Shown here: in pieces, positions 31,860-43,444 of the stretch
Position numbering within the stretch: the stretch's first letter is position 1
Layout: the number at the start of each line of letters is the position of its first letter
Source of the DNA: Escherichia coli
GTDB taxonomy: Bacteria > Pseudomonadota > Gammaproteobacteria > Enterobacterales > Enterobacteriaceae
Reading direction: 5' to 3' (one strand)
Assembly (NCBI RefSeq): GCF_009931435.1
Contig: NZ_CP043414.1
DNA length: 64,000 nt
The notes under the pieces: generated by a model
What the model saw: only the letters and a program-made list of their open reading frames with translations
Database searches by the model: none
What the model was told of the DNA's origin: nothing
Translations under genes and position numbers: made by a program

Positions 31860-32985
31860 ATTGCTTCACCAACAGTGTCAGCACTTCATAGTGCGCGGTG
31901 TGCGGGAACATATCAAAAAGCTGTACCCGTTCAATACGATAACCTGACAGTTCGCGGATATCTTTGGCCATCGTTTGGGCGTTACAGCTGGAGTAGATGA
32001 TAAAACGCGGAGCCATCGTTGAAAGATAATCACACAGCGGTTTACCAATACCTCGGCGCGGCGGGTTAACCAGCACCAGCTCCGGCACCTCTCCCTGAGT
32101 GGTGACAAACTGAGTGGAGTCCAGCGCCTGAAATTGCAAACGCGTTAAGCCCAGTTCAGCAGCTGACTGCTTCGCACAGGCAATGGCCTCTGGCGCAATT
32201 TCGATCCCGGTTAACTGCATGTCAGGCGTCGCGCAGTGTAAACCAAAGCCGCCCACGCCACAGAACAGATCCCACATATGTTTAACCGGCAACTGTCGTA
32301 CCCAGTCGCGCGCAGTAGCGTACAGCTGGCTGGCGACTACCGGATTAGTCTGGAAGAAACTTTGTGGACGGATCCACAGCGGCACATCGTTAAAACGCTC
32401 AGCCAGCGCCTGTTGTTCGCTCAGATAAATCTCCGTCTCCCCTTCCATAATCGCCATATGTATCGGCTGAATATTGGCGGTAATGACTTTCAGCTGCGGC
32501 AGTTGTTCCTGTAACCACGGCAGCGCCTTACGCAGTTGTGCCAGCTTGGTTTCGGAACGCAGTACAAAGCGCAACATCATGCCACCATCACTTTGGCTTT
32601 CAGTCAGCAGAATGTATTTCAGTTCGCCACGCTTACGCGCCACATTGTAGGGGGTTAGCCCCGCACGGGCGATAAACGGTTTTAACGCCGCAAAAACGGG
32701 CGCAAATGAGGAGGGATAAAGCGGACAATCGCAAAGGTCTTCTGGTGTGCCGTCGCGATGCAGCATACCGAGCAGTGGTTTTTCAACGCTACCACTCACC
32801 ACCATTTTGGCTTTATTACGAAACCCTTGCTCCGGGCCTGACACCGGCTCGCACCATTCCTCAACCGAAAAGTCGGCGAGCAGATTTTTAAGATCGGCGG
32901 TTTTAGCGGAGAGTTGCTCTGGAATCAGCTGCGTTATCCACTGACAGGAACGACAGCGACCCGCGTCGTAAAGTGCGCACTGCAT
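31858..32985 (-). CDS. rlmC: 23S rRNA (uracil747-C5)-methyltransferase RlmC
   Basis: 375 aa; N-terminal Cys cluster [14 protein letters not shown]; SAM-dependent methyltransferase body. Confidence 0.9.
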
Positions 32986-33025
32986 ACATTGACCTTCACA
33001 TCATCAGGGGCGACGATTATACACA

Positions 33026-33514
33026 TTATTGCAACTGGAAGAACCGCCGACTGGTCGAGGGAACGAACAGTAGCAACAGGATGAGCATATCCGGCAACTT
33101 CTGCAGCATCAGACTATGGAAGATTTCACGTTTTGATTCACCGGGAATGCTGAACAGCTCCGGATAACCATACCCCAGCGAAGCCGCCCACAAATAACTG
33201 GCGGCCGTGATTTGTGTCAACAGATACAGCCAGCGCGCCCAGCGACGCCCTTTCACCAGTGAAAACGCACACCAGATCTCAATGAAAACCAGCACCAGGC
33301 TGCTTAAAAAGACCAGTGTTAAACTCCAGGTTTGTACACTGCGATGAATGAACTCGCCAATACCGCGCACGCCCAGCGTATTGAAAATCATCAGCACGTC
33401 GAGGCCACGGATCATAATAATGGCGAGCGCCGCCACCTGCACCAGCGCAGGCACATTCAGGCGAGCATGAGATGAAGATGTTTTCTTAAAAAATCCCAAC
33501 GTTTCGTCTTCCAT
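33026..33514 (-). CDS. ybjO: inner membrane protein YbjO
   Basis: 162-aa hydrophobic ORF; synteny. Confidence 0.8.
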   Translation of the reverse strand: MEDETLGFFKKTSSSHARLNVPALVQVAALAIIMIRGLDVLMIFNTLGVRGIGEFIHRSVQTWSLTLVFLSSLVLVFIEIWCAFSLVKGRRWARWLYLLTQITAASYLWAASLGYGYPELFSIPGESKREIFHSLMLQKLPDMLILLLLFVPSTSRRFFQLQ

Positions 33515-33573
33515 GAAAACAATGCCGCGACATGCGCGGCATTATGTAGCCAGGTTGGCAAATTTTAGTGTCT

Positions 33574-34419
33574 TCAGCCACGTCTTGCACGCTGGATGTC
33601 GCGTATCCGCTGTTTTTCTGCGCGCGCCATCAGATACCAGGCGATAAATCCGACAATTCCGACTGCGCCGAGGATTAATGTTGCCAGGGCGTTGATTTCC
33701 GGATTCACCCCCATCCGCACGCTGGAGAAGACCAGCATCGGTAACGTGGTGGCTCCTGGCCCGGAAACAAAGCTGGCAATCACCAGATCGTCGAGCGACA
33801 GAGTAAAAGCCAGTAACCAGCCAGAAATGATCGCGGGCATGATCATCGGTAGCGTAATGACGAAAAACACTTTCAGCGGCGTCGCACCGAGATCCATCGC
33901 TGCTTCTTCAATGGAACGGTCCAGCTCCCGCAGACGCGACGAAATAACGACTGCCACATAAGCCGTACAGAAAGTGACATGCGCCAGCCAGATGGTGAGC
34001 ATGCCTCGCTCCGCAGGCCAGCCGATGGCATGTGCAAGTGCGACGAATAACAACAACAGCGACAAGCCCGTGATGACATCTGGCATCACCAGCGGCGCGG
34101 TGATCATAAAGGCAAAACCATTTGATCCGCGAAACCTGCCAAAGCGCACCAGCACGACCGCCGCAATCGTCCCGAGGATCGCCGCCGCCGTTGCCGCACA
34201 GGCAGCTATTGTCAGGCTTAAACCAACCGCACTCATCATCGCGTCATCGCGCAATAATTCGCCATACCAGCGCGTTGACCAGCCGGCCCACACCGTCACC
34301 AGCTTCGAGCTGTTGAATGAATAGATCACCAGCATCAGCATTGGCGCGTAGAGAAAGGTGAAGCCCAACAGCAAAATCACAATTCGCCAGGGCGAACGAA
34401 CCACCGGTAAATTATTCAT
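33574..34419 (-). CDS. potI: putrescine ABC transporter permease PotI
   Basis: 281-aa product from ATG 34419 (MNNLPVVRSPW...), ATGA overlap with potH. Confidence 0.9.
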   Translation of the reverse strand: MNNLPVVRSPWRIVILLLGFTFLYAPMLMLVIYSFNSSKLVTVWAGWSTRWYGELLRDDAMMSAVGLSLTIAACAATAAAILGTIAAVVLVRFGRFRGSNGFAFMITAPLVMPDVITGLSLLLLFVALAHAIGWPAERGMLTIWLAHVTFCTAYVAVVISSRLRELDRSIEEAAMDLGATPLKVFFVITLPMIMPAIISGWLLAFTLSLDDLVIASFVSGPGATTLPMLVFSSVRMGVNPEINALATLILGAVGIVGFIAWYLMARAEKQRIRDIQRARRG

Positions 34420-35369
34420 CCGTGTTCTCCCACGCTTTTTTGCTGATGCTTGTGGAACCACATTATCGGCACAATTAGCAGCAACAACATGATGATCGCC
34501 ACTGCCGAGGCCACCGGCCAGTCACGGTTGTTAAAGAACTCCTGCCACAGCACGCGTCCGATCATGATGCTATCCGGACCGCCGAGCAGCTCCGGGATTA
34601 CAAACTCTCCCACTGCCGGAATAAAAACCAGCATCGATCCGGCAATAATACCCCCTTTGGTGAGCGGCACGATCACAGTAAAGAATGTTTTCAGCGGTCG
34701 AGCGCCGAGATCCAGTGCCGCTTCCACCAGCGAATAATCAATACGAATCAAGGCGGTGTAGATCGGCAGCACCATAAACGGTACATAGGCATAAACAATG
34801 CCAATATAAACGGCCAGGTTTGTATGCAGAATGGTCAGCGGCTGGTCGATAACCCCCAGCCACAGCAGAAAATTATTCAGCACGCCGTTATTTTTTAATA
34901 TTCCCATCCAGGCATAAACGCGGATCAGAAACGAGGTCCACGACGGCAGGATCACCAGCAGCAATAAGATATTGCGGGTCGAAGGCTTACTGTGCGCCAC
35001 CGCCCACGCCAGCGGATAGCCGATCAGTAAACAACAAATTGTCGAAATCGCCGCTACCTGTAACGACTGGAGATATGCATCGAAATAGAGCGGATCGTCA
35101 GTCAGTTGCAGGAAATTACCAAGATTGAGGGTGATGGAAAGTTGCCCGTCAGCCCACTCCATCAGTTCGGTATAAGGTGGAATAGCGCGCGCCATCTCCG
35201 CCAGACTTATTTTAAAGACGATCAGAAATGGCAGCAGAAACAGCAAGATCAACCAGATATACGGCAACGCAATGACCAGTTTGCGCCCATGCTTCATTTG
35301 CAGCTGCGACAACCACAGCTTAAATCCGCCCGGCGGTTTCGACTGGGCAGCAGGTTCAAGTGTACTCAT
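34416..35369 (-). CDS. potH: putrescine ABC transporter permease PotH
   Basis: 317-aa multi-TM permease. Confidence 0.9.
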   Translation of the reverse strand: MSTLEPAAQSKPPGGFKLWLSQLQMKHGRKLVIALPYIWLILLFLLPFLIVFKISLAEMARAIPPYTELMEWADGQLSITLNLGNFLQLTDDPLYFDAYLQSLQVAAISTICCLLIGYPLAWAVAHSKPSTRNILLLLVILPSWTSFLIRVYAWMGILKNNGVLNNFLLWLGVIDQPLTILHTNLAVYIGIVYAYVPFMVLPIYTALIRIDYSLVEAALDLGARPLKTFFTVIVPLTKGGIIAGSMLVFIPAVGEFVIPELLGGPDSIMIGRVLWQEFFNNRDWPVASAVAIIMLLLLIVPIMWFHKHQQKSVGEHG

Positions 35370-35378
35370 CTTTGCTCC

Positions 35379-36512
35379 TTAAACCGTCAGCACCACACAA
35401 CTGTCCACTTCCCAGCACAAGCGCACTTCATCGCCCCAGGTGGGTAATCCTTTACGATAACGATGGGCATTTTGTAGCTGGGCGCTGATCATCTGCCCGC
35501 TTTTCAGGCGAACGTGATAGACCGAAAGATCGCCGAGATAGGCAATGTGCATCACCTCCCCCACCGCGAAGTTACAACCATTGGCGGGCGGTTCTTCACA
35601 AAGCATGATTTTTTCCGGACGCAGCGCCACATGCACCGGCACGTTATCGACCACCGAAGCATCTACATCAACTTTCAGTGGATGCACCAGCCCCGGCGAA
35701 TAAAGCACCAGACCATCTTCCTGACGCTCTTTGAGTACACCTTCAAAGACGTTTACCGAACCGATAAATTCAGCACTGTAGCGCGTGGTCGGATGCTCGT
35801 AGATCTCTTCCGGCTCGCCAATCTGGACAAATTTCCCACGATTCATAATGGCGATGCGCCCCGCCATGGTCATCGCCTCTTCCTGATCGTGAGTGACCAT
35901 TACGCAGGTCACACCGACGCGCTCCAGAATATCCACCACTTCAAGCTGCATCCGGTCACGCAGCTTTTTATCCAGCGCGCCCATCGGCTCATCGAGCAGT
36001 AATAGTTTCGGGCGCTTGGCAAGGCTTCGGGCCAGCGCCACACGCTGTCGCTGACCGCCGGAAAGCTGGTGCGGTTTGCGTTTGGCGAACTCCTGCATAT
36101 GCACCAGCCCAAGCATCTCATTGACCCGGCTGGCAATTTCCGCTTTCGGTAGTTTGTCCTGTTTCAGGCCAAAAGCGATGTTCTGTTCCACGGTCATATG
36201 CGGAAACAGCGCGTAAGACTGAAACATCATATTGATGGGGCGCAGGTAAGGCGGCACCTGTGACAAATCGACGCCATCGAGCATAATCTGCCCGGCAGAA
36301 GGTTGTTCGAAACCTGCCAGCATACGCAGCAGCGTGGACTTGCCACAGCCGGATGCGCCCAGCAGCGCGAAGATTTCGCCTTTATAGATGGTCAGGCTGA
36401 CATCATCGACCGCATGCTGACCATCGTAAGATTTAGTCAGATTACGGATTTCTAATAGCGGCGTCAGCGCCTTACGGGTTTTCGCCTGGGGGCGAGGGAT
36501 AGCGTCATTCAC
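35379..36512 (-). CDS. potG: putrescine ABC transporter ATP-binding protein PotG
   Basis: 377-aa product from GTG at 36512; Walker A GASGCGKST, signature LSGGQRQRVALARSL; the longer ORF-track N-terminus is not supported. Confidence 0.88.
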   Translation of the reverse strand: MNDAIPRPQAKTRKALTPLLEIRNLTKSYDGQHAVDDVSLTIYKGEIFALLGASGCGKSTLLRMLAGFEQPSAGQIMLDGVDLSQVPPYLRPINMMFQSYALFPHMTVEQNIAFGLKQDKLPKAEIASRVNEMLGLVHMQEFAKRKPHQLSGGQRQRVALARSLAKRPKLLLLDEPMGALDKKLRDRMQLEVVDILERVGVTCVMVTHDQEEAMTMAGRIAIMNRGKFVQIGEPEEIYEHPTTRYSAEFIGSVNVFEGVLKERQEDGLVLYSPGLVHPLKVDVDASVVDNVPVHVALRPEKIMLCEEPPANGCNFAVGEVMHIAYLGDLSVYHVRLKSGQMISAQLQNAHRYRKGLPTWGDEVRLCWEVDSCVVLTV

Positions 36513-36606
36513 GGCTGCTCTCCGGCATTGAATGTGTGCAAGCGCACCCTGATGGTGCGAATTGCCGGCGGGTGTGGTGCGCCCGTCCGGCATCTACGGC
36601 TGCGGA

Positions 36607-37719
36607 TTATTTTCCGCTCTTCACTTTGGTCCACGCGCGGGTGCGCACACGGTCGATTTTCGGATCCTGCACTTTCAGAGTGAACAGCTTCGCACGGACA
36701 TCCGCAGGCGGGTAAATACCGGGGTTATCACGCACTTCCGCGCTTACCAGCGGCGTAGCTTCTTTGTTCGCGTTGGCATAGAACACATGGTCAGAGATAT
36801 GCGCTACGACATCCGGACGCAGCAGGTAATTCAGGAACTGATAAGCTTCGTCTTTATTTTTGGCATCCGCAGGCATGGCAAATACATCAAAGAATGCCAT
36901 CGCCCCTTCTTTCGGAATCGAGAACGAGACATTCACGCCATTCTTTGCTTCCTTCGCGCGGTTTGACGCCTGCCAGACATCGCCCGCCCAGCCGATAGCG
37001 ACGCAAATATCGCCGTTTGCCAGGTCGTTAATGTATTGAGATGAATGGAAATAACGAATGTTCGGGCGCAGCTTTAACAGCAGATCGGTTGCCGGTCCGG
37101 TGTAATCATCTGCTTTAGTGCTGTTGGGATCTTTACCGAGATAATTCAGCATGGTAGCAAACACTTCTTCCGGTGCATCAAGGAAAGAGACGCCGCAGCT
37201 TTTCAGTTTTTCCAGATTTTCAGGTTTGAGGATCAAGTCCCAGCTATCGACGGGCGCGTTTTCACCCAGTACCGCTTTGACTTTATCGACGTTATAGCCA
37301 ATCCCGGTCGTCGCCCACATATAGGGCATAGCAAATTTATTATCCGGGTCATGTTTAGCGACCAGCTTCAGCAGTTCCGGGTCGAGATTCTTCCACTCCG
37401 GCAATTTGTTTTTATCCAGTGGCTGGAAAACTCCCGCAGTCAACTGGCGCTCCAGAAAGCTGGCAGATGGAACCACCAGGTCAAAGCCGGTGCTCCCCGC
37501 CATTAATTTTCCTTCCAGTACTTCGTTGGAATCGAAAACATCGTAAACGACTTTAATACCGGTTTCTTTTTCAAAATTGGCCACCGTATCCGGGGCGATA
37601 TAATCAGACCAGTTATAAATGTGGAGTGTTTTTTGTTCAGCCGCGAGCGTGCCGACAGAGACGGCCATCAGAGCACCCGCAACCAGACCCGATAGCCATT
37701 TTTTATTTAAGGCGGTCAT
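36607..37719 (-). CDS. potF: putrescine-binding periplasmic protein PotF
   Basis: 370-aa product from ATG 37719 with signal peptide MTALNKKWLSGLVAGALMAVSVGTLA. Confidence 0.9.
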   Translation of the reverse strand: MTALNKKWLSGLVAGALMAVSVGTLAAEQKTLHIYNWSDYIAPDTVANFEKETGIKVVYDVFDSNEVLEGKLMAGSTGFDLVVPSASFLERQLTAGVFQPLDKNKLPEWKNLDPELLKLVAKHDPDNKFAMPYMWATTGIGYNVDKVKAVLGENAPVDSWDLILKPENLEKLKSCGVSFLDAPEEVFATMLNYLGKDPNSTKADDYTGPATDLLLKLRPNIRYFHSSQYINDLANGDICVAIGWAGDVWQASNRAKEAKNGVNVSFSIPKEGAMAFFDVFAMPADAKNKDEAYQFLNYLLRPDVVAHISDHVFYANANKEATPLVSAEVRDNPGIYPPADVRAKLFTLKVQDPKIDRVRTRAWTKVKSGK

Positions 37720-38068
37720 ATCTCTTTCCTTCTGAAAGTTCGTTAACAAACGAACAAAAGTTGTCACACTGAAAGATATGCAATATTCGTGCATATTTTT
37801 ATCGGCTCGGTGTAAGAAAAGAGAACTCTCTCCCGGCCAGCACTGCTCGCTATATAAAAGCATCGCAAGAATAACTTTAGCCAGGGTTTGAGACTATAGC
37901 TCGGATTAAAAAACGGTATTTAACAAATTTTTATGCGTATTTGCTCTATGTGATAAAGCCAAATCGGCACAAGAGAAGTGAAATAATCTTTAATAAAAGG
38001 TTAAAAACAGCAGATAATTTTGCAGCACGCAGTCACTGCGGCAGCGACTGCGTACTCGAAAGGAGTTA

Positions 38069-38545
38069 TCAGTGGAGGAAATAGTTTTCGGTAACGTTGT
38101 TTTGCCCTTCATCGTCAGTCGGTAACAGCAGTTGATGGGCATTAGCTTCAAGAATGACCATCGAAATCTGCTCTTCGCTCTGACGCACGAACCATGCAAA
38201 CTGCTCATAGGTTACGCCCTGCATAACGGATAAAGACTGGCAAACCACCAGCTTTGGCAGATTATCATCCTGCATATCAAGAAATGCTTTCACGGTCAGC
38301 GAACTGGCATTGATGGCGGATAAATCCGCCGCCAGCGGCAATACGGCTGAAGGTCGGACTTCCGCCATGGCAGAAAACAGGATCGTGTTATCGATCAGAT
38401 CGATTTTGGCATCAAAGACACCGTCGAAATTCTGCATATGGGGCAGATGCAGAGCCTGACAGTTATCACATTCAAAAAAACTCATCCCCAGGTCATCGAG
38501 CCATTGACGCAACGTATCCAGACCAGGAACGACCAGCGATGTCAT
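38069..38545 (-). CDS. ybjN: YbjN (putative sensory transduction regulator family)
   Basis: 158-aa product from ATG 38545 (MTSLVVPGLDTLRQW...). Confidence 0.85.
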   Translation of the reverse strand: MTSLVVPGLDTLRQWLDDLGMSFFECDNCQALHLPHMQNFDGVFDAKIDLIDNTILFSAMAEVRPSAVLPLAADLSAINASSLTVKAFLDMQDDNLPKLVVCQSLSVMQGVTYEQFAWFVRQSEEQISMVILEANAHQLLLPTDDEGQNNVTENYFLH

Positions 38546-38632
38546 AATTTTGTACAACCTCTTCCGATAAAAAGACCGGCACAGCTTACGCAAAAAGCGC
38601 AGGCAAAACCATGATCAGTAATGTGATTGCGA

Positions 38633-39535
38633 CTAACCACCCGTTTTCAGGCAATATTCTGTCGTGGCGTTGCGTTCGATCCAGCGGATCATTTTACTCG
38701 CGATGTCGATACCGGTGGTTTTTTCTATTCCTTCCAGCCCCGGCGACGCATTCACCTCCATCACCAATGGCCCGCGATTAGCACGCAGAATATCCACACC
38801 AGCAACGTCCAGCGCCATCGTTCGCGCGGCTTTTATCGCGATTTCACGCTCCTGTGGTGTGATACTGGCGACGCTTGCCGCGCCTCCACGATGCAAATTG
38901 GAACGAAAATCGCCCTCTTTCGCCCGCCGTTCAATCGCAGCGACCACTTCATCGCCAACAACCAGACAGCGGATATCGCACCCTTGCGCCTCTTTGATAT
39001 ATTCCTGCACCAAAATATGCGCGTTCAGACCGCGAAAGGCGTCAATCACGCTTTCCGCCGCCTGACGCGTCTCCGCCAGCACGACACCAATTCCCTGCGT
39101 ACCTTCAACCAGCTTAACCACCAGCGGCGCACCACCGACCATGTCGATTAAATCGCTGGTATCATCCGGCGAATGCGCAATGCCCGTGACAGGCAGGTCG
39201 ATGCCCTGACGCGCCAGCAGTTGCATGGAACGCAATTTGTCACGCGCCCGGGCAATGGCGACCGACTCATTGAGCGGATAGCTCCCCAGCATCTCGAACT
39301 GGCGCAGTGCCGCCGTCCCATAAAAGGTAATGGCGGTGCCAATACGCGGGATCACAGCGTCAAAATGGGGTAACTTGCGGCCTTTGTAGTGAATTGAAGA
39401 CGCCGCAGGATTTATGTTCATGTAGCAAGAAAGCGGATCAAGAATTTCAACCAGGTGACCACGCTGTATAGCGGCTTCACGCAGCCGCTTACACGAATAG
39501 AGCGTTCCATCCCGGGACAATATGGCAATTTTCAC
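38633..39535 (-). CDS. rimK: ribosomal protein S6 modification enzyme RimK (ATP-grasp)
   Basis: 300-aa ATP-grasp ligase sequence. Confidence 0.93.
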   Translation of the reverse strand: MKIAILSRDGTLYSCKRLREAAIQRGHLVEILDPLSCYMNINPAASSIHYKGRKLPHFDAVIPRIGTAITFYGTAALRQFEMLGSYPLNESVAIARARDKLRSMQLLARQGIDLPVTGIAHSPDDTSDLIDMVGGAPLVVKLVEGTQGIGVVLAETRQAAESVIDAFRGLNAHILVQEYIKEAQGCDIRCLVVGDEVVAAIERRAKEGDFRSNLHRGGAASVASITPQEREIAIKAARTMALDVAGVDILRANRGPLVMEVNASPGLEGIEKTTGIDIASKMIRWIERNATTEYCLKTGG

Positions 39536-39595
39536 CCTGCACCTCTCTGTCAGACCTGGTCAAAAGCCCGCGTATCATACATCGGCGTGGCGATT

Positions 39596-40318
39596 TTAGC
39601 GCGTAGCCCAACCCTGTTTGTGCAAATAATCCAGTATAAATGGGCGGCTTTCTTTAATGATTGTTCGGCGGATATGATCGCTCCAGGTATCCCGGCGATT
39701 ATTGCTGCCACGGGTGAGGTAATATTCCGCCAGTTGTTCGTCATACTGCGCCAGTGCGTCTTTATCCAGCGGTTGATAGCTGTTTTCATGCACCAAAATG
39801 GAAGCCGGTAAACGCGGCTTAAGATCTGGATTATCCGCAGGCCAGCCAAGGCACAGCCCAAACAGCGGCAGAACATGCTGCGGTAATTTCAGCAGTTCCG
39901 TCACCGCTTCAATATTATTGCGCAGGCCGCCGATATATACCCCGCCCAATCCCAGCGATTCCGCTGCGGTTAACGCATTCTGCGCCATCATTGCCGTATC
40001 AACGACACCGAGCAACAGTTGTTCCGCCAGGCCAAGTTGTGCATCCGGACAGATCTGTAAATGGCGGTTAAAGTCGGCACAGAACACCCAAAACTCCGCC
40101 GCTTTCGCTACGTGTTTTTGCCCGCCGGTCAGCGTCACCAGTTCATCACGTAACGCTTTGTCGGTAATGCGAATAATGCTACTGCACTGCAAAAAACTGG
40201 AACTGGACGTCGCACGGGCGCTGTTAATAATCGCCTCACGCTGCGCTTCGGAAATGGGTTCATCAGTGAAATGGCGAATGGAGCGATGGCCACAAATAAG
40301 TTCAATGGTTGGCGTCAT
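39596..40318 (-). CDS. nfsA: oxygen-insensitive NADPH nitroreductase NfsA
   Basis: 240-aa nitroreductase-family ORF. Confidence 0.93.
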   Translation of the reverse strand: MTPTIELICGHRSIRHFTDEPISEAQREAIINSARATSSSSFLQCSSIIRITDKALRDELVTLTGGQKHVAKAAEFWVFCADFNRHLQICPDAQLGLAEQLLLGVVDTAMMAQNALTAAESLGLGGVYIGGLRNNIEAVTELLKLPQHVLPLFGLCLGWPADNPDLKPRLPASILVHENSYQPLDKDALAQYDEQLAEYYLTRGSNNRRDTWSDHIRRTIIKESRPFILDYLHKQGWATR

Positions 40319-40589
40319 TATCTTTTTCTCTTTCTGAACGTGAATATTGCGGTGGACGGTTCATCAGCTGTGGGGCAAGACGTTTTGCCACCTGAAGAAT
40401 AACCACCACCGCAGCGGGAAGCATGAGCAAAACACCGAGAAAAATCATCAGAATCTGCACTTCTGGCCGAGAAAATGGCTCAGGCAGCGACAGGGAGTCG
40501 CTTACCGACAGCAGCGCCACCGCCAGCAACATCATTCCGATAAATTCCAGTATCAACACGCTTTTAGGCAATTTACCGATCGCGCGCAT
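40302..40589 (-). CDS. ybjC: small membrane protein YbjC
   Basis: 95-aa hydrophobic ORF whose 3' end overlaps the nfsA start by 17 nt. Confidence 0.8.
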   Translation of the reverse strand: MRAIGKLPKSVLILEFIGMMLLAVALLSVSDSLSLPEPFSRPEVQILMIFLGVLLMLPAAVVVILQVAKRLAPQLMNRPPQYSRSEREKDNDANH

Positions 40590-40748
40590 ACGCTTCCCTC
40601 TGCAAAGTGAGCCTTCAGTCTAAAACTTTTCACTGTATTGTGTTTAACAGTTATAGCTTTTAGCAATTAATGCAACAGGTTAAACCTACTTTCAGCGAAT
40701 ACATTTTAGCGTGATCATTACAGGCATAAGTCTATGAGGGGAGAAATA

Positions 40749-41006
40749 ATGCAAACCGTTATTTTTGGTCGTCCGGGTTGCCCTTACTGTGTGCGTGCAA
40801 AAGATCTGGCTGAGAAGTTGAGCAATGAACGCGATGATTTTCAGTATCAGTATGTAGATATTCGTGCGGAAGGGATCACTAAAGAAGATCTACAACAAAA
40901 GGCAGGTAAACCCGTAGAAACCGTGCCGCAGATTTTTGTCGATCAGCAACATATCGGCGGCTATACCGATTTTGCTGCATGGGTGAAAGAGAATCTGGAC
41001 GCCTGA
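40749..41006 (+). CDS. grxA: glutaredoxin 1
   Basis: 85-aa product from ATG 40749; active site CPYC (GRPGCPYCVRA). Confidence 0.93.
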   Translation: MQTVIFGRPGCPYCVRAKDLAEKLSNERDDFQYQYVDIRAEGITKEDLQQKAGKPVETVPQIFVDQQHIGGYTDFAAWVKENLDA

Positions 41007-41016
41007 GCGTCTGACA

Positions 41017-41046
41017 AGCCCTCGTGTTGAGGGCTTAATTAATTTT
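41017..41046. terminator. hairpin terminator between convergent grxA and ybjM
   Basis: agccctc-gtgtt-gagggct stem with flanking T-rich run. Confidence 0.55.
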
Positions 41047-41413
41047 TTCTGTGCTGTGATTTAAACAAACTGCTGATAAATAAGAAACACAATGCCCCCA
41101 ACGCACACCAGAACACCGCACTTAATAACCATGCCAGCTCTTGCCAGAATGAGCGCGTTGGTGAAAAAAACAGCCGCATTATGAGCATCGAACAGGGTGC
41201 CGCCAGCATTGCGCCAAACAGAGGTTTCAGGACTTCTCTACGCTGTGAAAAGAAGCTGGCAACCGCTCCAGGAAGAATGAAAAACAGCAAACCAATTTCA
41301 GGATGCCCGGCAGCCCGAAAAGCGCCTTTCATGTGCGTCGCCAGAAAAAGGCACACCACAATGAAGAGGACAAAACAGCAGATTGCCCCCGCCCAACGTT
41401 GTTTATGTTTCAC
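41039..41413 (-). CDS. ybjM: inner membrane protein YbjM
   Basis: 124-aa hydrophobic ORF; synteny. Confidence 0.8.
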   Translation of the reverse strand: MKHKQRWAGAICCFVLFIVVCLFLATHMKGAFRAAGHPEIGLLFFILPGAVASFFSQRREVLKPLFGAMLAAPCSMLIMRLFFSPTRSFWQELAWLLSAVFWCALGALCFLFISSLFKSQHRKN

Positions 41414-41682
41414 TCGTTCCTCCTGACACTGCGTCTATCGAACACATTTTTCGCCAGTGTGGCGTTCAGTAAGATAAAGCCGCTTCGCATTCCATGCTAA
41501 TATAGGCCAACGCAATTCATATAGCCGTTGATACCTAATGTGATTACACTAGTAAAATATATTGTTACTTTACTATCGTTTAGGTGCGCTGAATGAATCT
41601 GCGCCCTGAATTCTGGTAAAAAACATTATCGTAAATTACCATTTCTTTCAACAGCTTACTAGTAAACAAGAAGTTAGCCTCC

Positions 41683-43368
41683 GTGAATATAAACGTCGCC
41701 GAATTGTTAAATGGGAATTACATTCTGTTATTATTTGTGGTCCTCGCGCTTGGGCTATGTCTCGGGAAATTACGACTTGGTTCGATCCAACTGGGTAATT
41801 CCATTGGCGTTTTAGTCGTATCGCTGTTATTAGGCCAACAACATTTCAGCATTAACACCGACGCGCTTAATCTTGGCTTTATGCTGTTTATTTTCTGCGT
41901 CGGGGTCGAAGCTGGACCGAACTTTTTTTCCATTTTTTTTCGCGATGGGAAAAATTACCTAATGTTAGCACTGGTGATGGTTGGCAGTGCGCTGGTGATC
42001 GCCTTAGGGTTAGGTAAGCTGTTTGGCTGGGATATTGGCCTGACGGCCGGTATGTTAGCAGGCTCTATGACGTCAACACCGGTTTTGGTCGGTGCTGGCG
42101 ATACACTGCGTCATTCCGGCATGGAAAGCAGGCAGCTCTCACTGGCACTGGATAATCTGAGCCTCGGGTATGCCTTAACCTATTTAATCGGTCTGGTGAG
42201 TTTGATTGTTGGTGCGCGTTACTTGCCGAAATTGCAGCATCAGGACTTACAGACCAGCGCCCAGCAAATCGCCCGCGAACGTGGCCTGGACACAGATGCC
42301 AACCGTAAGGTTTATTTGCCGGTGATCCGCGCCTACCGCGTCGGCCCGGAGCTGGTAGCCTGGACCGACGGCAAAAATCTGCGTGAACTGGGTATTTATC
42401 GACAAACTGGCTGTTACATTGAACGTATTCGTCGTAACGGGATTCTGGCAAATCCAGACGGTGATGCCGTACTACAAATGGGCGATGAAATAGCGTTGGT
42501 AGGCTATCCCGACGCCCACGCCCGACTCGATCCCAGTTTCCGTAATGGCAAAGAAGTTTTTGATCGCGACCTCCTCGACATGCGTATCGTCACTGAAGAA
42601 GTGGTCGTTAAAAACCATAACGCTGTTGGCAAACGTCTCGCACAACTGAAGTTGACCGATCACGGCTGCTTCCTCAACCGCGTCATTCGTAGTCAGATTG
42701 AGATGCCGATTGATGACAACGTCGTGCTTAACAAAGGTGACGTTTTACAAGTCAGCGGCGATGCCCGTCGCGTAAAAACCATCGCCGATCGCATCGGCTT
42801 TATCTCGATTCACAGCCAGGTCACTGACTTGCTGGCATTCTGCGCCTTCTTTGTTATTGGGCTGATGATCGGGATGATCACCTTCCAGTTCAGCACATTC
42901 AGTTTCGGCATGGGGAACGCTGCCGGGTTGTTATTCGCCGGAATTATGCTGGGCTTTATGCGCGCTAACCACCCGACCTTCGGTTACATTCCGCAGGGTG
43001 CATTAAGCATGGTGAAGGAGTTCGGCTTGATGGTGTTTATGGCAGGCGTTGGTCTGAGCGCTGGTAGCGGTATTAATAACGGCCTGGGCGCGATTGGCGG
43101 TCAAATGTTGATTGCCGGATTGATTGTCAGTCTGGTGCCAGTGGTTATCTGCTTCTTGTTCGGTGCTTATGTATTGCGAATGAACCGCGCACTGTTGTTC
43201 GGCGCAATGATGGGCGCACGCACCTGCGCGCCGGCAATGGAGATCATCAGTGATACAGCTCGCAGTAATATCCCGGCGCTGGGCTATGCGGGCACCTACG
43301 CAATCGCCAACGTTCTGCTAACGCTGGCTGGGACAATCATCGTCATGGTATGGCCAGGATTAGGATAA
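41683..43368 (+). CDS. ybjL: putative transporter YbjL (AAE family)
   Basis: 561-aa two-repeat membrane protein with central soluble region. Confidence 0.85.
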
Positions 43369-43411
43369 AACTGAAGTTGCCCTGAAAATGAAATTTTTTT
43401 GCACAACCGCA

Positions 43412-43440
43412 GAACTTTTCCTCAGGGCATCAGTCTTAAT
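43412..43440 (+). promoter_or_regulatory. sigma-E-type promoter for rybB
   Basis: -35 GAACTT (43412..43417) and -10 TCTTAA (about 43434..43439), about 16-bp spacer, ending 6 nt before the RybB 5' end. Confidence 0.6.
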
Positions 43441-43444
43441 TAGT

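Noticed and set aside
36513-36593. N-terminal extension of potG (ORF-track start at 36593); similar over-extensions for clpA, macA, artP, artJ, potI, potF, ybjN, rcdA, mdfA, dacC, bssR, pdeI, gsiB, ybjS, aqpZ, hcp, hcr, grxA, ybjG
   Set aside because: The ORF track takes the first in-frame ATG/GTG/TTG; internal starts with ribosome-binding sites reproduce the expected protein N-termini.
38627-39151. 174-aa plus-strand ORF
   Set aside because: Antisense to rimK; no ribosome-binding site and no recognisable domain.
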